This document shows positions 54,652 to 64,000 of a stretch of 64,000 bases of DNA, one piece after another. How positions within the stretch are numbered: the first letter of the stretch is position 1; every line of letters begins with the position of its first letter. Location: the NCBI GenBank assembly GCA_951406725.2, contig OX597828.1:36766001-36830000 (forward strand), in the 5' to 3' direction. The position numbers and the translations under genes are program-made. Below the pieces are notes generated by a model that ran no database searches, was not told the DNA's origin, and saw nothing but the letters and a program-made list of their open reading frames with translations. The DNA comes from Octopus vulgaris. Taxonomy: Eukaryota.

Positions 54652-55710
54652 CACATATATTGTGATGATGAGTTCTATAATGCATTAGACATAGACTTCT
54701 GAAAACTTCGTCCCTATGTAATGAGGTGAAAGGAAGGAAGTGAAAACTCTTTACCGAAATGGTTCATTCCCCGAGCTACACCTACCCACAGGAATAGTCC
54801 AACTAAAGTCCAGATGTGATTAGTTGAGTTCAGTTCTTTAATTGTGTATTCCAATACGGCATATAGTTTTTCTGAAACTAAGAGCTGTATGATATGTTAA
54901 AGGTAATAAGGCGAGTGTTGACGATGAAATGACTATAGTTTCTCTCTCACAGCGGAACCACGTAGAAAGTTTATTCGATTCGTCTATTTCTGGTTGTTTT
55001 CACTGATATTGCTTTAGATAATCTCTATTTCTAACAGTTATTTCTGCCTACATCTTTGCTAGTATTGTTGGTGGTGGCGCCAACTCTGTATCCATTGTTG
55101 TAATTGTTGGTCTTATTATTGAAGAAAAAATAATTAAAAAGTATAGAAACAAACCAAAAATAACCCTCTAAAATACCAACGGCATCAATACTGCCACTAT
55201 AGTTACCTCATTTTACATTATAATTAACGAGAGAAGGATGCCAAATTCACTCCGTTGAAATGATAAGGATAAAATAAATTCGAAAATTCTTATGTTGAAT
55301 AAAGACTTTACACTAAAAACATACTTCTCTGCCACTTTAATTTCAACATCGAACAATAAAAAGAAAATTGAAGCAATAATGTTAAATGGTGAGAAATGAA
55401 AAAAAAAAAAAAAATTCAAGTAACGAAAATAAAATCTAACAATGAAAATAAAATTACTTTACGATAATTCTAAGATTGTAAAATTACCAAAATTTACTGT
55501 AATTAAAGGAAACAGAAAAAAAGAATAAAAATTTTGAGAAAGAAGAAAAAAAAGAGACAGACGGTTTCTTAAATAATTGGATCTAGGAGTGAAATTTATC
55601 AGATTTTTTTTTCATAGATTTAAAAGAGTTAAAGCAGTTCTCCCGTTGCCAAACAAGTTAATCAAACTAACACAATTGATTTGATATATACATAAATACA
55701 TACATAATAC

Positions 55711-55773
<63 letters not shown>

Positions 55774-56403
55774 CATATATTTATATATATGTAGTATGTA
55801 CGCACACACATATCTGTATACATATGCATGTGTGTACAAAAAATGAACGTATAAAAAGCGATGAATAAAAATATCGTGACTTTATTGATTTCTTCTGTCT
55901 AATTCATCTTCATCCACCATCTTTTGTATTTTTGTGTGGTTTTTATCTTCTATTTATCTTCTTCTTTTCTCCAACTTATTCTTTTTTCCCTTCGTTTTCT
56001 TCACGATTTTTCATCTCTAAATATGTTTTGTCATCTCAATTATACTAAAAAATGATTTTGTTTAAAGAATTTTTTAAAATAAAAATAAACGCCTCATATA
56101 ACACTTTTTAAAAAAAAGTCAGATTCTTCTCTTTTGTTGTGATATTACAAATTTATATTTCTCTTCTCGCTTGGAAGAAGACCAACATGTCTGCAGGAAG
56201 CTTATAATCGATTCAATGAATTTTATTCCACGGTGTATTACAGGTATTTGTTTATTATATTTATGTACAATGAAATGATGAAAAAAAAGAGAAGTAATTT
56301 CGAGTGAAAATTGAACGTGAAACACTCAGAAGAGGAGATATATACCTTTCGTTTGGGTACGAAAACCGTACGTTTTTGCTTATGATATTAGTTTCAGTTT
56401 TTT

Positions 56404-56620
56404 AGGCGGTGAGCTGGCAGAAACGTTAGCACGTCGGGCGAAATGTTTAGCGTTATTTCGTCTGTCTTTACGTTCTGAGTATAAATTTCGCCGAGGTCGA
56501 CTTTGCCTTTCATCCATTAAGGGCCGATAAATTAAATAGCAGTTGCGTACTGGGGTAAATCTAATCGACTGCCGCCCCCTGCCTCCTCAAAAATTTCGGG
56601 CCTTGTGCCTAGAGTACGAA
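56404..56620 (+). mobile_element. SINE family B variant with alternative 3' end
   Basis: Family B head and centre, then AAATTTCGGGCCTTGTGCCTAGAGTA tail (also at 34910 and 10920). Confidence 0.7.
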
Positions 56621-57056
56621 AAAAAAAAAAGGGAAAATGAATATATAAAAGTCTTCATTAAAAAAGGTAGAAATACGAAAATAGGTGCAGGCATGTTTGT
56701 GTTAAGAATCTTGTTTTAAAACCAAGTGTTTTCGGGTTCAATTCCACTGCACAGCGCCTTGGCAAGTGTCTTCTACTATAGCCCTGCGTCGACTAGTGCC
56801 TTCTGAGTGAATTTGATTAACGGAAACTGTGTGGAAGCCCGTTTCCGTTATATATATATAACACAGATTATGTTATTTTTTAAAAATTAGAACAGTAGGA
56901 GACATGTGAGATGGAGAGTCACTGAAGAGGTCACAGGAAGTTTGACGAAAGATATCAGACAAAAGATGATTTCAGAACAATAATAAAGCTGAACAGAAGA
57001 CTAAATATATGGTGCCTGTGGTCAACTGGAAAAAAAGAGGATCACCAAATATAACA

Positions 57057-57136
<80 letters not shown>

Positions 57137-57740
57137 CCTTAAGCTTCAACAACCGGAATATGTCTTTTTTCTGTACCTTACGTTATCTTCCATCCACCCT
57201 TTTATTTCTTTACCCCTTTATATTTCTTCATCCCTTTATATTTCTTTATCCCTTTATATTTTATTTTTATTTTTATTTTTTTATTTTTTATCCTTATTTG
57301 TTTCGTCTTTATGTTTCGCTTCTTTATCTTTATCTCTATTTATTTATATTCCCATGTTTTTTTCACGTCTTTGTGTATTTATATATCTATATATTTATAT
57401 ATTTATATACTTATATACTTTTTTTATATTCTTATAGTTTTTATATTTTTTAATTTTTACTCTTTTTTAATTTTTTACTCTTTTACTACATTTTGCACCT
57501 ACTACTCTCCCTCTTTGTGATCCCTAACTCATTAAAGATTCAACCCCCCCAACTCCTTCCCTCTTTATCTCAACATCCAATCTCCTCATTCTACATCGAG
57601 TGAAAAACGGGATGGACGCTTTGTTTTTGTTTTGATGCCTCGCTCTGTTGTACACGACTATGAGGATTTGCATCCCCAACGTAAATCGTCTTTTTCCCAA
57701 ACATATAATGTAATACACGTCCTTGAGGTAGTAATTGTAC

Positions 57741-57828
57741 GCGGCTGAAGAAGGCTATTGACATACATATTACATCAATTATGCATTGATATAAACCGTC
57801 TAATAAAAGCCAGAAACTTATGTACCGC
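57741..57828 (+). ncRNA. Type I hammerhead ribozyme (canonical core, long stem II loop)
   Basis: gcgg-CUGAAGA-a-ggcu...agcc-a-GAAAC-UUAU-GUA-ccgc; module 57135-57857 flanked by (TA)n. Confidence 0.8.
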
Positions 57829-57873
57829 TAAATCCTTTGCATCATGTTTTTATTTTGATATATATATTTATAA

Positions 57874-57925
<52 letters not shown>

Positions 57926-57960
57926 AATGGCTATGTGGAAAAATTAAGGTAGAAAATACT

Positions 57961-58335
57961 AACCAACCACATGGTTAAAAACGGGTTCAGTCCCACTGCG
58001 TGGTATCTTGGGCAAGTGCCTTCTGCTATAGCCCTGGGCCGACCAATGCCTTGTGAGTGGATTTGGTAGACGGAAACTGAAAGAAGCCTGTCGTATATAT
58101 GTATATATGTGTGTGTGTTTGTGTGTCTGTGTTTGTCCCCCTAGCATTGTTTGACAACCGATGCTGGTGTGTTTACGTCCCTGTCACTTAGCGGTTCGGC
58201 AAAAGAGGCCGATAAAATAAGTACTGGGCTTACAAAGAATAAGTCCCGGGGTCGATTTGCTCGACTAAAGGCGGTGCTCCAGCATGGCCGCAGTCAAATG
58301 ACTGAAACAAATAAAAGAGTAAAGAGTAAGAGTAA
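57961..58335 (+). mobile_element. SINE family A (5' clipped)
   Basis: Homology to family A; (TAAAGAG)n tail. Confidence 0.85.
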
Positions 58336-58424
58336 AAGAGTAAAAGAGTAAAGAGTATATATATATATATATATGGGAAAAATTCAAGGTAGAAAATACT
58401 AAAATAATTTTATAAAAAACATTT

Positions 58425-58460
58425 CAGTACCGGTTTCAGTCATTGAAACTTCTTCAACTG
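58425..58460 (-). ncRNA. Minimal hammerhead-like motif (UUGAAGA core)
   Basis: Minus strand: cag-UUGAAGA-agu(uucaaug)acu-GAAAC-CG-GUA-cug; module flanked by (TA)n. Confidence 0.6.
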
Positions 58461-58677
58461 TAAGCATGGAAAACAATAAATTCTGGAAAAATTAAATGAA
58501 AAGTTTTTAAAAAGAATATTTGCATAGTATTCATACAACTATGTATGTAAACAAAGTTTGGTTATTTAGAAGCATTGTTAACAATTTTTCTGCAATATAA
58601 GGACTTCTGTCCTACTTAATGCTATTCAGCATTATTATTATGCATTTGAGAGTAAAATATTCCCATATCTGTGTGTG

Positions 58678-58771
<94 letters not shown>

Positions 58772-59589
58772 TGTATGTGAGTGTGTGTGTATGTGTCTGA
58801 GTGTGTGTATTTGTGTTCGTTCTCCGCCACCACTTGACAACTGGCTTGTTTGTTTGCGTCCCCATAACTTAGCAGTTCGGTGATAGAGATCGATAGAGTA
58901 AGTAGCATACTTAAAAATAAAATAGTAAGTATTGAGTTGATTTGTTCGACTGACCTCATCGAGGCGGTGCCACAGCATGGCCGCAATCCAATGAATGAAA
59001 CCAGTAGACGATAGATGATAATTATCTAGGGTTATAAGTTACCAAATGATTTGACCCCTAACCATAAACAAACTATAATTGCTTACTGAGTGACGAGACA
59101 ATGTCTGCCCACGTATCTAGCGAAATCCTTTTAGGTCTTCGTATAAAGCTTTCACAACTTCCATTTTATATTTTTTATGGATGAATAAATTACAAAATTA
59201 ATAAAAAGATTTGTTAAATTCATAAAAGCAAGCGATAAAAATATGACAGAATATTTTTATTTTTGGAGAAATGAGATAAAACAGCCACAGTTGGAAAGGA
59301 TATAAGGCAGCATAAACCCCCCGACTATGATCCGAATGATATTAGGTAGAGTTCGGGGTGAGGATGTGTTGTTAGGTTAACGATTTGCCCTCGGGAATTA
59401 GTGACGTAAATTAAAAATGGTGATTCATAAAGGGAAATGCTTACCTCTTCCCTGATATAAAAATAAACGTGTGCTCTGGTATTTGTGGCAGGGCCCTAAT
59501 GACTTTTAAAGCTGTGTCAATATCAACACTCCGCTCCCACGAACATCTTTCAGTTAAATATATCAATCAAAACAACAACAACAACAACG

Positions 59590-59620
<31 letters not shown>

Positions 59621-59715
59621 CTACGACGACGACGACTACGACGACGACGTCTACGACGACGACGATGACGATGATGATGATGATGATGATGATAATAATA
59701 ATAATAATGATGATA

Positions 59716-59986
59716 ATGAGATTAAGCAGTTGTGGTCGATAAAAGGTGGTAGTGGACCCAATAATTGTCGGAGCTCTGGGAACAGTGAGTAAAAATCTCG
59801 AGAAGTACATGCAACAAATAGGGGCTGCAATAAGGGTGGAGCACTTGCAGAAAGTAGCACTGCTTGAAACCGTTCGAATACTCCGGAAGGTACTCGAAAA
59901 ATAAGAGGTGTTACTTTAGTTCACTGGTAGTGAACAGCTGACATCGTAGTACATCTTCAGCGTTAGAAGCTGTGCAAAGACAATAG

Positions 59987-59987
<1 letters not shown>
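59716..59987 (+). mobile_element. R4/Dong LINE 3' end inserted in (TAA)n/(GAT)n
   Basis: EIKQLW..PIIVGALGTVSKNLEKY..LQKVALLETVRILRKVL* (RLE C-terminus), short 3' UTR, (TAA)n tail. Confidence 0.85.
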
Positions 59988-60374
<387 letters not shown>

Positions 60375-60376
<2 letters not shown>

Positions 60377-60585
60377 GTTTCAAATTTTTCCACAAGCGCA
60401 ACAGCTTTGGGGGAGGGGGTGAGTTGACTACATCGACTCCTGTGTTCAACTGGTACTTATTGCCCCCGAAAGGATGAAACGCAAAGTGAACCTCGGTGGA
60501 ATTTGAACTCGGAACATACCGACGAGCGAAATACTGCTAAGCATTTCGTCCAGCGAGCTAACGATTCTGCCAAGCTCGCCGCTTT
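60375..60585 (-). mobile_element. SINE family B variant
   Basis: Homology to family B. Confidence 0.75.
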
Positions 60586-60657
60586 AATGATGATGATGAT
60601 GATGACGATAATAGTAATAATAATAATAATAATAATAACAACAACAACAACAACAAC

Positions 60658-60694
<37 letters not shown>

Positions 60695-60854
60695 TACCTT
60701 ACCACAAGGGCACTGATATGATGAGTAAATAAGTGTTTACTTAAACTTTCCAGATGGCTATAATGTTAGGATTCTGGTACACACACACACACATAAAACG
60801 AGCGGCTCGCGCATACACATATTGGGTACTGAATAAATAATACCTAACGAAACA

Positions 60855-61060
60855 TTATACGTTGAGGAACAAATCTGATATCACAGTAACAGCAAATGTA
60901 ACTGCATTTAACTTCCTCGATGTTACTTTAGACGCAGCACACTTAAATATAAACCATAAGCATAATGAACGAATGTCTTATATGTTCACGCCACTACGCA
61001 AACTTTATCCAACTATCTTTAAGATCCTTGTTTGCTATATTACTAAGAAATCTCCAGCAT
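60855..61060 (+). mobile_element. Small PLE RT relic
   Basis: ITVTANVTAFNFLDVTLD resembles the PLE RT motif NFLDV. Confidence 0.5.
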
Positions 61061-61104
61061 AACTGCCGGGGACGTAGTGTTTAAGGGACATTTAAAAAAA
61101 ATTT

Positions 61105-61410
61105 TACGCGCCCTTTTCAAGCCTAGCCAGGCTCATGGGCCCGGTTTCCCGGTTTCTGTGGCGTATGTGCTCCCCCCAGCTGGATGGGACGCCAGTCCAT
61201 CGCAGCATTACTCAAGAAACAAGAAGAAAGAGTGTGAGAAAGTTGGGGCGAAAGAGTACAACAGGGGTCGCCACTACCCCCTGCCGGAGCCTCGTGGAGC
61301 TTTAGGTGTTTTCGCTCAACAAACACACACAACGCCCGGTCTGGGAATCGAAACCACGATCTTCTGAACGCAAGTCCGCTGCCCTAACCACTGGACCATT
61401 GCGCCTCCAC
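61105..61410 (-). mobile_element. SINE with family C head and V-domain-like 3' module
   Basis: Head homologous to 21625; then GCGATGGACTGGCGTCCCATCCAG. Confidence 0.7.
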
Positions 61411-61678
61411 GTTTAACGGATATAGAAACATGAATAACAAACATCGACGAGAGTGGATTTAAAAGATAAAATTTTTTTAAATTCACCCTCAAAACTGAAA
61501 CATCTGCAGTTCAGCATACCAATGTAGAATGCGTTATTGCCAAGTGTTTCTCAAACCTTCTTCAGAGCCACATTTCCACTGGACGAAAATATTCCAAGCT
61601 GTGTAAGCAGTTGAATATAAAAAAAACGTTATAAATATACGACAAATATGAAGAGCTTCATTTCTTATTATTAGTGCC

Positions 61679-61848
61679 CAGACCAGTCATAGCAATATTA
61701 TAGGCCCCGGGGCAAAATCAGTGCACCATGCCCTATATTATTTATTCCATGATGGCACGCCACGGCAATCGTAAATCATAATCAGGCTCCTACACCCGTG
61801 ACGTCCCTAGGCAACTGCCTAGCGTACCAATGCCTTAGGGCGGCTCTG
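61679..61848. mobile_element. hAT-like MITE
   Basis: CAG...CTG ends; near-identical 8-bp flanks TTAGTGCC / TAAGTGCC. Confidence 0.55.
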
Positions 61849-62249
61849 TAAGTGCCCAAACCTACTGAATAAATCCAGAATAACGATGACAAATTTCATA
61901 GCCATTTATCAGTAGAATGCAAACTGCGACCGCGTCTGCAGAAAATCTGAAAACCAGTATAACAGGGAGATAATTATAATTGGCGAAACGGAATTATATA
62001 TCCCTGGGTAATTTATGAAATCTGGAAACCCTAACCCTTCTTTTAATATTTATACGTGTCCTATTGTGTTGGGTAATAATCTGGTTGAAATTTTGTATAT
62101 ATTAAATTCTAACGAATTGTTTGGTTATAGCCATTTACTAACATCAATAGGTTGATCTTTAGGCGATACAAGTACCTGTTACAGACGTACTTGTACCAAC
62201 ACACCACAAACATATGTACATAGTGCTAGTTTCTTTGGTCTCTCTATAT

Positions 62250-62480
62250 ATTTCTTTACTACCCACAAGGGGCTAAACATAGAGGGGACAAACAAGGACA
62301 GACATAGGTATTAAGTCGATTACATCGACCCCAGTGTGTAACTGGTGCTTAATTTATCGACCCCGAAAGGATGAAAGGCAAAGTCGACCTCGGCGGAATT
62401 TGAACTTAGAACGCAGCGGCGGACGAAATACCGCAAAGCATTTCGCCCGGCGTGCTAACGATTCTGCCAGCTCGCCGCCT
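62250..62480 (-). mobile_element. SINE family B
   Basis: Homology to family B. Confidence 0.85.
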
Positions 62481-62555
62481 TTGGTCTCTATATGTGTGTG
62501 TGTGAGAGTGTGTATGTGTGTGTGTGTGTATGTGTGTGTGTGTATGTGTGTGTGT

Positions 62556-62595
<40 letters not shown>

Positions 62596-62974
62596 ACGCA
62601 TGACCTTAAAAAAAAGACTCCGCCGGTTACGACGACGAGGGTCCCAGCTGATACGATCAACGGAACAGCTTGCTCGTGAAATTAACGTGCAAGTGGCTGA
62701 GCATGGTTTCAATTCCTAGACCCGGTGGTGCGTTGTGCACTTGAGCAAAACACTTCATCTCATGTTACTCTGCAATCACATCGACACCTGACGCGTGGTA
62801 CACCTGTGCACTTATTCAGGTAACGTCGATTTGATGGAGATGCTGAGCTAATGTGCAGCACGAACAGTTGATCTCTGTAAACAAATCATTGGAGCAGGTC
62901 GTTCGGCGAAAGCTGAACGCTCATTCGTCGTCTTCGGTGGGAGAATCCATCAATATATATGTATCGATGTATAT

Positions 62975-63245
62975 ATTGCGGCTTTTTTACAACAAATTTT
63001 ATTCAACAAAAACAACAATATTTAACAAAATCATCTTTAAATGACGGTCTGACCGCCTGCCAAGCAATTGGGAAGCAGTAATTGAAGTAGATAGTGAATA
63101 TGCTCCGGAATAATCATTTAAAGATGTTTTTGTTACATGTTGTTATTGTTTTTGTTGAATAAAATTTGAAAAAAGCCACAATAATTATGCACCCCCACAC
63201 ACACTCATTGGGTTGGTGCATAATTATTGCGGCTTTTTGTCAATG
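62975..63245. mobile_element. Mariner-derived MITE with extended inverted repeats plus an adjacent extra TIR
   Basis: TTGGGTTGGTGCATAATTATTGCGG (Hsmar1-like TIR) at 63208; internal transposase C-terminal relic RLPSNWEAVIEVDSEY. Confidence 0.65.
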
Positions 63246-63249
63246 CATG

Positions 63250-64000
63250 GAGCACTGCAATAAACTACCTTTTCTTGACATCGTAATTAAAATAGTCAAT
63301 AATCACATTGAAAAGGATATCTTTTATAAAGTCAGATTCAAAACAATACCTATTATTCAACTCATACCACCCCAAACACATAAAAATTAATATACCTGAT
63401 AATCTTGCGAAAAGAACCTGTACCATAGTGTCGTGTACGAATACACGCGAACTAAGACTTCCTGAACTTAAATCAACACTAATCATGAGACATTAATAGA
63501 TCAAACGAGTAAGAAAGTGGACATACAAACATTAAGGGATTTAAAAGTACTTCCCTAAATCTCCACAAACAACCCAAGAAACAATGAGGCATTCAACATC
63601 CTCATCCAAAATCTACCCATTCTCACTAGAGATAAAACAATGAACGAAATTTTGGGCTCACACAAATTTATCAAAAGCAAAATACAACCGAAATCATTGA
63701 AAAGAATATTAACCGACGCAAAACTATAACCCTTAACAACGGAACCAAAAGTGGAGAAATGCGGGCCTCCTAACTGTGGTATATGCTCCCACTTTTTGGA
63801 GAGTTCAGAATTTCACTTCAAACAAGGCAAAATATTTAAGATAAAGTCAAATTTCACTTGTGCCTCTGAAAACTTAATCTATGTTATTACTTGCTTAGAT
63901 TGAGGAAACCAACATATAGACCAAAGACAGATGTCTCCCAGACGAAGAACAACACTTCACAAGGAACAAATCCACTTCTCACAATATAGACAGATATTGA
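63250..64000 (+). mobile_element. Decayed Penelope-like element (Neptune-like): RT C-terminal part to GIY-YIG, runs off the window
   Basis: LPFLDI, DIFYK, QYLLFNSYHPKHIKINIP..LAKR, KCGPPNCGIC, FTCASENLIYVITC; frameshifts. Confidence 0.8.

Overview
Eukaryotic (metazoan) non-coding DNA: AT-rich, dense in microsatellites and made up almost entirely of transposable-element relics. The SINE, R4/Dong, Penelope and microsatellite content resembles an octopus genome, but that assignment is inferred, not proven. I recognise no host protein-coding gene. Nearly all long ORFs in the track are translations of (TA)n, (CA)n, (CATA)n, (AAT)n or (GCC)n repeats. Recognisable content: a 5'-truncated ~5 kb Penelope-like retroelement (PLE; RT + GIY-YIG, two frameshifts, Asn-rich inserts, inverted terminal fragment) at 41.0-46.0 kb; a second PLE at the window end; LINE fragments (CR1/L2 group, Tx1/L1, RTE, R4/Dong); decayed Tc1/mariner elements; hAT MITEs with 8-bp TSDs; two non-autonomous Helitrons; a probable solo LTR; about 30 copies of several tRNA-derived SINE families; and a 1.8-kb GCC-rich repeat. 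The most striking hidden signal is about 14 type I hammerhead-ribozyme motifs from roughly 8 or more unrelated sequence families. They lie in short AT-rich modules embedded in (TA)n tracts, often as tandem or palindromic arrays. They include a 362-bp tandem retrozyme-like repeat with a compensatory U3-A8 core, and hammerheads with long, covarying stem II extensions. All alignments and folds were done by eye.
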